Source: a virus
Length of the DNA stretch: 64,000 nt
Direction: 5' to 3' (one strand)
Virus record (IMG/VR): IMGVR_UViG_3300016472_000940
Location: 32,001 to 96,000 of that record
In this document: one piece after another, positions 1 to 8,797 of the stretch
How the letters are laid out: the number at the start of each line of letters is the position of its first letter
Numbering within the stretch: the stretch's first letter is position 1
Notes under the pieces: generated by a model
Database searches by the model: none
What the model was told of the DNA's origin: nothing
What the model saw: the letters and a program-made list of their open reading frames with translations, nothing else
Made by a program: the position numbers and the translations under genes

Positions 1-618
1 CCAAGTAAAGATACGCAGGGTATTATCGTCTTCATCTACGTGAAGATTCATTAACGCATCAACAGCGTGTAATACGGTGGTAGACCCCTTATACACACCT
101 GCCTTAGTAAGATGACATAGAGTTAATACGGTACAATGCGTGCGCTTAGCTGCAGCACAGAGCTGTCTTACGCAATATTGTTCTTTCTTACGTGGAGACA
201 TCGGTTTATTAGTTGATAGTGTCTGGAAGCTATCGATGACAATTAAATCTAATTCTTCCATCTTGCGGGTTAGAGCATCAATATTGGTCTGAACTGCAAC
301 CGGTAAAGACTTTACACCAAGGCGACGACAAGTAAATGCTAGCTGCTCGATACCTTCTTCACCGGAAGCATAAGCTACCCGGGCACCACTTCTACTAAGA
401 GCATCAGCCACTTGCAAGCAAAACGTACTTTTACCAGAACCGGCACCAGCGGCGAGCATATAAACACCACCTCTTAAAATACCACCAGCTTCGTCTTTAC
501 TGCCTCCAAAAAACTCATCTACCTCTTCTAGACCAGTTTTTAACCGGTGAAAGTAGATAGTAGGTATCTTAATTTCTTGTGCTGGAGTAAACTCCGTTGT
601 ATTAAGCGTCATCTTCAT
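1..618 (-). CDS. RadA/Sms-like RecA-family ATPase (3' end outside window)
   Basis: Manual translation MKMTLNTT...TGLEEVDEFFGG...AGAGSGKST (Walker A)...YASGEE...LIVIDSFQT (Walker B)...CHLTKAG.YKGS..VLHAVDA; no stop before window edge. Confidence 0.85.
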   Translation of the reverse strand, partial: MKMTLNTTEFTPAQEIKIPTIYFHRLKTGLEEVDEFFGGSKDEAGGILRGGVYMLAAGAGSGKSTFCLQVADALSRSGARVAYASGEEGIEQLAFTCRRLGVKSLPVAVQTNIDALTRKMEELDLIVIDSFQTLSTNKPMSPRKKEQYCVRQLCAAAKRTHCTVLTLCHLTKAGVYKGSTTVLHAVDALMNLHVDEDDNTLRIFTW

Positions 619-625
619 TGTTTAT

Positions 626-654
626 AGTATATGTGAACTTTATGACTTGGTCAA
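626..654 (-). promoter_or_regulatory. sigma70-type promoter of RadA-like gene
   Basis: TTGACC-N17-TATACT, then 7 nt to ATG at 618. Confidence 0.6.
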
Positions 655-862
655 GTTCTTTTTTGTGGCTTTTAACATCTTGAAAGCCAACTTACTCTCA
701 TCTACTCTACCGTACTCGTTCCAGTACTCTTCTGGCTGTTGGTTCATTAGTATAGTACCAAACAGGTTGTTCTTTCATATACTAATAGTGTACATGAAGT
801 TAGAAAATAGTCAACTATATTTTTTATGTTGATACTTTGACAGGTTCATATATATTATAGGT

Positions 863-955
863 ATGTCAGATGAACTTAAGGATAGATTGTTCTGGGTACT
901 AATGATGTCTTTATTATTTGCAGGTATAGCCTTTTATTCATATCTTTCAAAATGA
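863..955 (+). CDS. small membrane peptide (30 aa)
   Basis: MSDELKDRLFWVLMMSLLFAGIAFYSYLSK; one hydrophobic helix; ATGA overlap with next ORF. Confidence 0.55.
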   Translation: MSDELKDRLFWVLMMSLLFAGIAFYSYLSK

Positions 956-1176
956 CTGAAGTAAGATCATCGCCTCCTTTTCCTATTGGTGTAAAGAAAC
1001 CTAAAATAGCACTTCCTGCTGAAAAACAGCGTAATCGATATGGTCGAATGGTTTATGGCCATAAAACTGCGGGCGCTATTGAAGTTATGACTAAAGAATG
1101 TTGGGATAGTAATAAGAAATACTTCATACCCAACGGCGCACGTAGTTGTGTTAAGAACTTCTCTAAAATAACTTAA
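952..1176 (+). CDS. hypothetical protein
   Basis: ORF coupled to upstream peptide by ATGA overlap. Confidence 0.6.
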   Translation: MTEVRSSPPFPIGVKKPKIALPAEKQRNRYGRMVYGHKTAGAIEVMTKECWDSNKKYFIPNGARSCVKNFSKIT

Positions 1177-1196
1177 GATTACATAAATATCTTATC

Positions 1197-1502
1197 ATGT
1201 TCGATAAGATATATTCACATCTATTATCGGAAGAAATTTCTCAATTAGACACAGCTCTCATAGCTGAAAAGAAAGGATCACGTTGTACAAAGGTAACCGG
1301 TCAACAATCCTCAACACGTTCGGATAAGAAATATATGAGGTGTACAAGAGTTGGTGGTAAATTAAAACGAGTGCACTACGGTGATCCTAAGCGCCGTATA
1401 AAAAAGTCTAATCCCAAGCGCCGTAAGTCCTTTAGAGCTCGTCACAAATGCTCCTCAGCTAAACCGGGAACCGCAAAATATTTTTCTTGTAAAAACTGGT
1501 AA
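1197..1502 (+). CDS. basic phage protein (DUF6321-like), candidate head-internal protein
   Basis: VHYGDP...RRKSFRARHKC...YFSCKNW motif common in large phages; TAAATA 7 nt upstream. Confidence 0.7.
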   Translation: MFDKIYSHLLSEEISQLDTALIAEKKGSRCTKVTGQQSSTRSDKKYMRCTRVGGKLKRVHYGDPKRRIKKSNPKRRKSFRARHKCSSAKPGTAKYFSCKNW

Positions 1503-1642
1503 TGAAAACATTTAAACAATTTATCTTAGAAAAGAAAAAGAAAACTCTTAAAAATAGTAATCCTTGCTGGAAAGGTTATAAGCCCGTAGGTACAAAAAAG
1601 AAGAGCGGTAAGACCGTCCCAAATTGCGTTCCGTCCAAATAA
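1502..1642 (+). CDS. small basic protein with T4 capsid-targeting-like N-terminus
   Basis: MKTFKQFILEKKKKTLKNSNPCWKGYKPVGTKKKSGKTVPNCVPSK; PCWKGY..VPNCV motif typical of T4-like phages; not in the ORF track. Confidence 0.75.
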   Translation: MKTFKQFILEKKKKTLKNSNPCWKGYKPVGTKKKSGKTVPNCVPSK

Positions 1643-1666
1643 TAAAGCAACTTACTAAATAATATA

Positions 1667-1867
1667 GTGAAGAAGTCGAAGAAGACTTTCGACTATTATA
1701 AGGCTTTATTTGAAGCTATTTACGGAGATTACTATGGTGGGAAGTCTTACATGGAAGATATAAGAAAAATGCAAGACTTATATGATACACACCACGGTAA
1801 AGATGGATGGGAATATAATTTACTTACTGGTATGATGGAAAAGAAAAAAGCTACGCGTAAAAGTTAA
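1667..1867 (+). CDS. hypothetical protein
   Basis: GTG start 5 nt after TAAATA. Confidence 0.6.
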   Translation: MKKSKKTFDYYKALFEAIYGDYYGGKSYMEDIRKMQDLYDTHHGKDGWEYNLLTGMMEKKKATRKS

Positions 1868-1938
1868 TTTGACATCCACCGTAATCAATTACATTATTTT
1901 CATATTATTTATTGGCAAAAGATATAAATAATGCAGAT

Positions 1939-2166
1939 ATGGCACTTGAACTTAATAGAATTGATACTTTTCAAACTAGATTTTTCCAATCTTTTGTAAA
2001 TTTGACAAAATATAATAGCACCCAGTATCCTGCTGTTACCTCTATACGTATAGACAGACCTGAGAATTGTACAACGTGTGAAGCCCTTACTTCTATTTCT
2101 ATATACGATCAATGGGCGTTACGTGTAGTTACAAACGCTGCTCCAATTACTGCAATAACTGCCTAA
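1939..2166 (+). CDS. hypothetical late protein
   Basis: ATG 8 nt after TATAAATA (1923-1930); start moved from the ORF-track TTG at 1912. Confidence 0.65.
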   Translation: MALELNRIDTFQTRFFQSFVNLTKYNSTQYPAVTSIRIDRPENCTTCEALTSISIYDQWALRVVTNAAPITAITA

Positions 2167-2181
2167 TAGTATATTTTTTTA

Positions 2182-2189
2182 TATAAATA
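2182..2189 (+). promoter_or_regulatory. T4-type late promoter
   Basis: TATAAATA 5 nt before ATG 2195. Confidence 0.65.
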
Positions 2190-2194
2190 TATGT

Positions 2195-2872
2195 ATGATA
2201 GATATCGGTGAGATATGGACTAATAAAATCTTTGCCGATTATTTAGTTGCAATAACAATAGCTTTTATTTCTGGTGTCTTAAGCCCTATTGTAGCTGGTT
2301 GGGCTAAAGAAAAGTTTTCTAGAAAAAATGTGCATTTAGAAGAAGAGGAGACTGATGAGATTTTAAAGCTCTTAAAAACAAATGAAGTTGTAGATAACAA
2401 AATAGAAAATTTTCGAAGCGAACATAATTTAGACAGGGTTTGGATTGCACAGTTCCATAATGGTGGGTCGTTTTACCCAGCTGATAGTATATTTAAATTT
2501 CAAAAATTTAGTTTAACATATGAGGCGTGTAAGGTTGGGGTAGCAAGCGATTTGAGCGTTATACAAAATATACCGGTATCTGTATTTGCAGGTTTATTAA
2601 AAAAAATAAAGGAAGACGGGCATTATGGTGTAAACGATATTAATAATGCTCCAGATGATGGAATGAATCTAAAATCTTTTTGGGCTGATCGCGGTGTAAA
2701 GGGGTTTCATATTTCTGCAATTAAATGTTTGAGAAAAAAATTTCTAGGCTTTATAGTAATGGAACGGATTACTAGTGAAGCTCAGTTTAGTCGCGAATTA
2801 GTAGAAAGTCTTATTATCGAATCACGAATTTTGGGCGGGTATTTGGTTAGAGATGACAGCTTGCAAAAATAA
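2195..2872 (+). CDS. single-TM protein with GAF-like domain, putative T4 gpT-like holin
   Basis: N-terminal TM (YLVAITIAFISGVLSPIVAGW), then RVWIAQFHNGG..FQKFSLTYE; architecture like T4 holin T. Confidence 0.5.
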   Translation: MIDIGEIWTNKIFADYLVAITIAFISGVLSPIVAGWAKEKFSRKNVHLEEEETDEILKLLKTNEVVDNKIENFRSEHNLDRVWIAQFHNGGSFYPADSIFKFQKFSLTYEACKVGVASDLSVIQNIPVSVFAGLLKKIKEDGHYGVNDINNAPDDGMNLKSFWADRGVKGFHISAIKCLRKKFLGFIVMERITSEAQFSRELVESLIIESRILGGYLVRDDSLQK

Positions 2873-2894
2873 ATTAGTGCTGTAAACTTTAATT

Positions 2895-3062
2895 ATGAGG
2901 CTAAAAAGAAATTGGAAGCCGTGCTTAAGGAGATGTAGTTTCAATGCAGCAACTCTTTATTTAGAGAAAAAAAAATTTAATAAAGAAACAATTAGTATTC
3001 CAGCGGTATTAATTGTGATGCTCGCGGTTGCTGTTTTTGTTTTGCTTATATTTTTCCGATGA
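2895..3062 (+). CDS. small membrane protein (55 aa)
   Basis: Basic N-terminus and C-terminal TM (IPAVLIVMLAVAVFVLLIFF); TTGCAA-N16-TAAACT 6 nt upstream. Confidence 0.55.
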   Translation: MRLKRNWKPCLRRCSFNAATLYLEKKKFNKETISIPAVLIVMLAVAVFVLLIFFR

Positions 3063-3340
3063 TACCAACGTATGTCATTCTTCGATTAAAGATGGAAGAA
3101 AAAACACCTGGAAAATACTCACCCGAGACTATTCTTCTTATAGAAGAAACCGTTGCCCAAGCTATTAGACAATACGATATAAAGGATAAGATGTTTGAGG
3201 TATCTGTAAAAACAAAAAATAATATTATGCAGAGTTGTCAGATAAAAATGTCGTTTGAAATATTTCGCTATTTTGTACGGGCTTACGGTAGTATAGATAG
3301 ATTGGAAAGAGACTACGAGATAATAGAGAAATATTCTTGA
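3059..3340 (+). CDS. hypothetical protein
   Basis: ORF with ATGA coupling. Confidence 0.6.
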   Translation: MIPTYVILRLKMEEKTPGKYSPETILLIEETVAQAIRQYDIKDKMFEVSVKTKNNIMQSCQIKMSFEIFRYFVRAYGSIDRLERDYEIIEKYS

Positions 3341-3371
3341 TTATTTTTAACTATCGGTTAGATTAATAAAA

Positions 3372-3527
3372 ATGAGAGAGATTTTAGTATATTTGTTTAT
3401 GCTAGGGGTTGTCGGTGGTCTTAGTGCATACTGTTATATACAGTACAAAATTTACAAACATAAAAACAGTCTTCCTATTGGAAGTGGTGGAGGCGGTGAA
3501 AGCCGTCCTGCTAAAAAGAACCCGTGA
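3372..3527 (+). CDS. small membrane protein (51 aa)
   Basis: MREILVYLFMLGVVGGLSAYCYIQY...; TTGATT-N16-TAGATT 7 nt upstream. Confidence 0.55.
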   Translation: MREILVYLFMLGVVGGLSAYCYIQYKIYKHKNSLPIGSGGGGESRPAKKNP

Positions 3528-3568
3528 GGTTTAGGGTTATCCTCTTGCTGAAAAGCTAAAACCCTATT

Positions 3569-6500
3569 TTACGTAGGCATTAATATTTTGTGGAATCTAT
3601 CAAAACTAGCAGTTGCATCCGTTTGTTGATTCCAATACCCATTTTGAAGCTCGGTCATTCTGCCTGCGGTCCATACGTTACCGTCTGAGGTTAAAATAAG
3701 GAAGTTATTTGTACTGAGATTGCCTGTATTTACGTCATGGCCGCCTCCCACCCTTATATCTACTATATCCTGTCTGTTAAAAGGTATAGGTCTAATTGTT
3801 ATGACATCAGTATCCCTAAGGGTAGTACCAAGGCCTAGATTACCATACCCGTTAAATCCACAACCATATAACCGATTATTAGATAACCAGAATATAGTAC
3901 TACCGGTCTCATTCCTACGATTATGAAAAATATTCTTAATTGTAATGTCAGTTGGCACACCAATTGCATTAACTGATCGAGCTCCAATACGAGCTGAAAT
4001 ATTGGGATATAAGTTAGTCCAAGCTGATGCATTAGTTGTCGTACCAAGCCCTAGCTCTCCTCTACTATTTCTGCCTCCAACAAACCATCTACCATCATCT
4101 AATCTAGTAAACAACGATGTAAAAAACCTTGATGGATAATATAGTTGTGATCTTGCATAGAAAACATTTGGGTGTGTACCTGGTACATTAAATGGTAGAG
4201 GCAATCCTTGTTGAGGTACATATCGAGAGCGATTTGTTGATGTGCCGTCTAATAATTGAGATCCGTTGTTTGCCCCTGCAGCTAAAAATCTACCGTTTGC
4301 ACATAAAACATATGAAGTGGTACCGGCATCACCTATACCATCTACTAATCCGCTAATCCAGGTAATATTGGTAAGAGGTACACCAGCGGCTGCATAAGAT
4401 TGAGTAAACGTAGAGTAAGATGTGCTTGTACTGCCGGTTGCATCTGACATATTACCAGAATAATTTGAACCAGAATGCCATACTGTACCGTCTCCACGAA
4501 GAGCAATAGTTGCATAATAATAGTAGCTATATACCGTACCATACGGTAGAAAATCAACAACATTTGTGTATCCCAACGCTTCGGGGTTTTGTAAGAGTAT
4601 TGATTGCGGTATAGGCCCAAAAGGGCTACCTCCCACAGTATATAAATCCACAGGAATAGTGCGATCGGTAGCAGCATTGCCATCACCTAATGGAGTCGCA
4701 TTATTCACCGTGCTATTACTAGCATAGCCTCTTCCCCACATGTAAAATCTACCCTCTGCATTCAAAGCACCAGCAAATGAAGTAGCGTTGGCCACCGCTG
4801 GCATCATCTTGAATTTAACAATAGGTGAATTGCCTAGCCATGCACCAGATATTTTTCTAAATGATGTAGAGTTTGATGTATTGGTTCCTCGATCGGTTTG
4901 TCCTTGACTTAATAAACCAACACCACCATACCCTTGTACCCATAAACCGCCTTTTTGATCTATAAATGCTGCGTTTTGATTTGCGGTATAAAGTCTTACC
5001 GGTATTACCGGGTAATAATTACAATCGTCATATTGTATAGGTATATATTGACACACTCTATAACCATCAGGCTCACCTGTACCACTGGCATTAGAACCTC
5101 TACCATGAGCCCAGATTTCATGATTTCTCGTTACAAACATTACATAATTGTATTCTGTGCCACCTAAAATACTTGTTAAATCAGTGTTTGGTAGTCCGTT
5201 ATTACTAATTAAGGGATAAACTATTGCACCGGTGCCGCCTCCCCCGGTTAACGTCATTCTACAAGGCGGAGCTTTACCCATAGGGTCTGTAGAACCAAAA
5301 CGACCACTTACATCGCTATAATGTGTATAACCTGCACCGGGGTGAATAAGTCTAAAATCTACTACTTGTCCGCCTGAAAGAATGGCTTCAGCCGAAGCAG
5401 TAATTCTATAGGTATAAAGAATGTTACCTTGATCATCTGCCATTATAGCATCACCGGTAGGTGGGTCAATTGTTACTCTCGGAGGAGTTGTGTAGTTTCT
5501 GCCCCCTGAAAGAATAGCGAATCCTAATACTTGACCGTAAGAACGAACTTTATTATTTTGAAAATATTCTACAGGTGCCCACGTGCCATCACTTCCAAAA
5601 AGCTTATTCATATCACCTGCACTAGGAGCGGGTAATACCCCCGGTGAGCCACCTGTGGTTAAATTATTTGGTTTTACTACATCAAGAATACCGCCACTAT
5701 AAATTACACCACCCGAGGCACTAAGAGAGCCCCTTACCATAACATCCCCGTTAAAACGCGCTGAAGGCTGTAGATCGGGCCTTCTTTGATCGACTACTAA
5801 TCCTGGACTAGTTCCGAAATTTACTACTGAGAGGGCGCTTGTCACAGTAATAGATGTATCTATATAAAGTAAATCACCATACGCGGTTATATTACCCATA
5901 ACGGTTAAACCACCACCCACATATAAATCAGAGAAATTAGTTTTTTGTGAAGTTACTGCACCATCGGCTAATTTTGAAGTTGTTACAGCGCCGTTTATAA
6001 TATGACTAGTATTAACAGAAAAAACCTCAGGTATAAATGTTGTATAAGGTACAGATCTTAGGTAAGAGATTTCTATTGCTGCACCGCTAGGGGGTGCCTC
6101 TGAAAATGTTATAGTATAATTATCAGGCATTATTGAGTAGGTGTTCTTATTTTGATAGGCACCATCAATATAGACCATAATCTCGTTAGTATCTGCAACT
6201 GCAGAAAGAAGGGCGTATGCAGTAACATTGTCACCTGCTTGTATTTGTTGTACTGGGATAAATGCATATATTGCGCTTAATTTTTCGTAAGTAACGGCTC
6301 CGTCCTGTATCTTGTCATTAGATACAGAGTTAGATGCTATTTTAGATTGTATAACGCTGTTGTCTGCTGGAATAGTTGTTTGTAGATTATAAAGAGAGCC
6401 CTTCACATATTGAACCTCTAGCATGCCAGTTCCTGCAGGGGGGATTTCGGTTAAAACAAGCGTATAATTATCGGAAAGATAGTAAAGACTTTTATTTTGA

Positions 6501-6781
6501 TAAACCCCTGAAACGAAGACCATTATATCGTTTGTTGTAGCTACTGCAGATAGAAGCGTAAATATTGTGCCATTTGGACCAGCTACACCAGTCGTATTAA
6601 AAGTTTGGTAAGGATAATATGCTTGGATTAAACCGCTTGCTCCTCCAGTTCCAGAGATACCAGATATATTACTTGCTGAAATAGAACCTGATACAGAGAG
6701 ATTGCCAAATATTGTGCCTGTATCAAAATTAATGTTAGCAAAACGGCTAACCATACCCGATTGGATTCTACGTAGAGGCAT
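3569..6781 (-). CDS. tail fibre/adhesin with C-terminal RCC1-like beta-propeller
   Basis: 1070 aa; decapeptide repeats, two VFVSGVYQ modules, RCC1-like G.N..G.LG.G repeats; late promoter at 6788-6793. Confidence 0.8.
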   Translation of the reverse strand: MPLRRIQSGMVSRFANINFDTGTIFGNLSVSGSISASNISGISGTGGASGLIQAYYPYQTFNTTGVAGPNGTIFTLLSAVATTNDIMVFVSGVYQNKSLYYLSDNYTLVLTEIPPAGTGMLEVQYVKGSLYNLQTTIPADNSVIQSKIASNSVSNDKIQDGAVTYEKLSAIYAFIPVQQIQAGDNVTAYALLSAVADTNEIMVYIDGAYQNKNTYSIMPDNYTITFSEAPPSGAAIEISYLRSVPYTTFIPEVFSVNTSHIINGAVTTSKLADGAVTSQKTNFSDLYVGGGLTVMGNITAYGDLLYIDTSITVTSALSVVNFGTSPGLVVDQRRPDLQPSARFNGDVMVRGSLSASGGVIYSGGILDVVKPNNLTTGGSPGVLPAPSAGDMNKLFGSDGTWAPVEYFQNNKVRSYGQVLGFAILSGGRNYTTPPRVTIDPPTGDAIMADDQGNILYTYRITASAEAILSGGQVVDFRLIHPGAGYTHYSDVSGRFGSTDPMGKAPPCRMTLTGGGGTGAIVYPLISNNGLPNTDLTSILGGTEYNYVMFVTRNHEIWAHGRGSNASGTGEPDGYRVCQYIPIQYDDCNYYPVIPVRLYTANQNAAFIDQKGGLWVQGYGGVGLLSQGQTDRGTNTSNSTSFRKISGAWLGNSPIVKFKMMPAVANATSFAGALNAEGRFYMWGRGYASNSTVNNATPLGDGNAATDRTIPVDLYTVGGSPFGPIPQSILLQNPEALGYTNVVDFLPYGTVYSYYYYATIALRGDGTVWHSGSNYSGNMSDATGSTSTSYSTFTQSYAAAGVPLTNITWISGLVDGIGDAGTTSYVLCANGRFLAAGANNGSQLLDGTSTNRSRYVPQQGLPLPFNVPGTHPNVFYARSQLYYPSRFFTSLFTRLDDGRWFVGGRNSRGELGLGTTTNASAWTNLYPNISARIGARSVNAIGVPTDITIKNIFHNRRNETGSTIFWLSNNRLYGCGFNGYGNLGLGTTLRDTDVITIRPIPFNRQDIVDIRVGGGHDVNTGNLSTNNFLILTSDGNVWTAGRMTELQNGYWNQQTDATASFDRFHKILMPT

Positions 6782-6841
6782 ACAGATTATTTATGTTCTA
6801 TGTTTTCATTTATAAAATTGTTGTTAAATATTGAAAAGAAC

Positions 6842-6849
6842 TATAAATA
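6842..6849 (+). promoter_or_regulatory. T4-type late promoter
   Basis: TATAAATA 6 nt before ATG 6856. Confidence 0.65.
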
Positions 6850-6855
6850 TGAAAT

Positions 6856-7728
6856 ATGGCGGCTATTAATTTTAGTAACTTTACACTGGCAACGCCAAGA
6901 TTTAGTGATTTTCTTGTAGGTTATAGAGGCACTTCTGAAATACGGACAACTATTAATTCTATAACCAGTTTAAATGTACCGTTTTTTAATAGAATAGCAA
7001 CCCTTACAAATTTGGCAAGTTCTTACAATAGTGTGTATAGTTCTTTCAATCAATTAAGTGTATTGTATAGCAACACGTATTTAACAGTAAATACTACGAG
7101 CGGTAATTGGAATAACACTTATAATTATGTTAATTCAACATCAGCTGATATAGATGGTACGCTTACTTATACCAAATCAATAATTACTGTTCTGGAAAAT
7201 GTCTCAGCTAATTGGGATTATGGATATTTTATAGCTGTGAGTGCTGTGCCTGCAATTAGCGCATTAAATGCAACTCAGGCTGTATTTCAAACAAGTAGTG
7301 CGCGATATGAAGGCGCGTACACAGTTGCAAATGCGGTAAGCGCTAGTGTAACTAGGCTGCAAACAAATTCTGCTGGCTGGGATGCAAGCTATAGTCTCTG
7401 GACTGCAAACAGTGCAACATATGATCATTACTGGAGTGTTGTTACTACTAATTCTGCAGGATGGGATTTAGCATATCTATTTTCACAGGCGGCTATACCT
7501 GCAGTAAGCGCGCTGACAAACACTCAGGCGGTTTTCCAGACTACCAGTGCAACATATGTTACATACAATTCCCTGTCTACGGCAAATGTGACTGTAAGCG
7601 CTGTAACTATAGTTAAGAGTCTAAGCGTAATTGGTGATCTTATTGTGTTTGCAAATTTACCAACATCAAATACTGGTCTACCTGCAGGCGCTATATATCA
7701 AGACGGTGGATTTCTGAAAATAGTATAA
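6856..7728 (+). CDS. virion fibre-like protein with SA.W repeats
   Basis: Ser/Thr/Asn-rich; recurring NSAGWD/VSANWD; internal 35-aa duplication; C-terminal LPT..GLPAGAIY.DGGFLKIV. Confidence 0.7.
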   Translation: MAAINFSNFTLATPRFSDFLVGYRGTSEIRTTINSITSLNVPFFNRIATLTNLASSYNSVYSSFNQLSVLYSNTYLTVNTTSGNWNNTYNYVNSTSADIDGTLTYTKSIITVLENVSANWDYGYFIAVSAVPAISALNATQAVFQTSSARYEGAYTVANAVSASVTRLQTNSAGWDASYSLWTANSATYDHYWSVVTTNSAGWDLAYLFSQAAIPAVSALTNTQAVFQTTSATYVTYNSLSTANVTVSAVTIVKSLSVIGDLIVFANLPTSNTGLPAGAIYQDGGFLKIV

Positions 7729-7740
7729 TATTATTTCTTT

Positions 7741-7887
7741 ATGGCGGGTAAAGGCAGCAAACCACGGAACTGTTTTAGCGAAAAATTTAAAAAGAATTTT
7801 GAAGATATAGACTGGGCTACAAAGCAAGGCCAAGAAATAAAAAATTATAAAGTTAAAAAAGGCAAGAAGATTTACAAATACCCGTAA
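7741..7887 (+). CDS. small basic phage protein (48 aa)
   Basis: MAGKGSKPRNCFSEKFKKNFEDIDW...; TGGATT-N16-TATTAT 6 nt upstream. Confidence 0.65.
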   Translation: MAGKGSKPRNCFSEKFKKNFEDIDWATKQGQEIKNYKVKKGKKIYKYP

Positions 7888-8171
7888 TGACATCTACCGT
7901 TGATAAGCTTTTAGAGCAATTAGAGTTATTAAACCAAAACTATCTCTGGATTATTAAAGAGGGAGAAAAAATTCTTAGTCAGATTAATAAAGCTATGGAT
8001 GTTGGTGATATGAATGCGGTAAATGTTCTAAGAGATAAATTTATTGAATTGGAAAATAGACATAATAGAGATAGAATAACATATAATAAAATTATAAGGG
8101 ACAGCCGGGAATATTTCAGAAAAAAATATGGCATAGATTTATTTAAATATTTTGAATTAGAAGATATTTGA
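7887..8171 (+). CDS. hypothetical helical protein
   Basis: ORF coupled by TAATG overlap. Confidence 0.65.
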   Translation: MTSTVDKLLEQLELLNQNYLWIIKEGEKILSQINKAMDVGDMNAVNVLRDKFIELENRHNRDRITYNKIIRDSREYFRKKYGIDLFKYFELEDI

Positions 8172-8207
8172 CTTGAATTTTAAAATTTTTTCTTTATAAT
8201 GAAAAAA

Positions 8208-8393
8208 ATGAGCATACGAAAACTCAGTAAAAAAGAAAAAAGAAAATTAGAAAAAGAAGGCCGTTTACGCGATCACGTTGAAATTTGGGTTGACCAACAC
8301 AATCACAAGCTCGAATTGCTCAGAACGTTCACTAGTTTAATAGCTGCTGTTTGTTCGTCTGTTGTCTTACTAAAGTTGTTTCATATCATTTGA
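8208..8393 (+). CDS. small protein with C-terminal TM helix
   Basis: ATG 7 nt after TTGAAT-N16-TATAAT; hydrophobic C-terminus. Confidence 0.6.
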   Translation: MSIRKLSKKEKRKLEKEGRLRDHVEIWVDQHNHKLELLRTFTSLIAAVCSSVVLLKLFHII

Positions 8394-8797
8394 AAATCTT
8401 TAACAAGGTAAAAGAAGTAAGCTTTGCTCTTCTTCAAGAGCATCCCGCTGACCATCGGTGTAGGCATTTTAGTTTTATTTTAGATGGATCGAAAATTTTA
8501 AAAATTGGATTTAACAGGAGTAAAACTCATCCTAGAAATTTATTGTACAACTATTGTAACCGTAAAGGCGAGTCCATGAGTACAGAAATTGGAATTCATT
8601 CAGAAATGGACGCAGTAATAAAATTTGGAGAGTCGGATTGTACGGGTTTGACTATGATTAATACTAGAGTTAATCGAAACAACCAGCTTGACCTAAGTAA
8701 GCCGTGCGCGGGTTGTATGGATATGTTGAAAAGGTTACATTTTAAGAGTGTTTACTATATCGACCAGCAAAAAATCTTTCGAAATATTTCGTTTTAA
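8390..8797 (+). CDS. cytidine/deoxycytidylate deaminase-like zinc protein
   Basis: HSE...SKPCAGC motifs; TTG start overlaps upstream TGA. Confidence 0.8.
   Translation: MKIFNKVKEVSFALLQEHPADHRCRHFSFILDGSKILKIGFNRSKTHPRNLLYNYCNRKGESMSTEIGIHSEMDAVIKFGESDCTGLTMINTRVNRNNQLDLSKPCAGCMDMLKRLHFKSVYYIDQQKIFRNISF

Noticed and set aside
647-832. 61-aa + strand ORF
   Set aside because: Spans divergent promoter signals; no recognisable protein features.
3532-3568. TAGGGTT...AACCCTA as a terminator between convergent genes
   Set aside because: Short stem with a long irregular loop; plausible but too weak to call.
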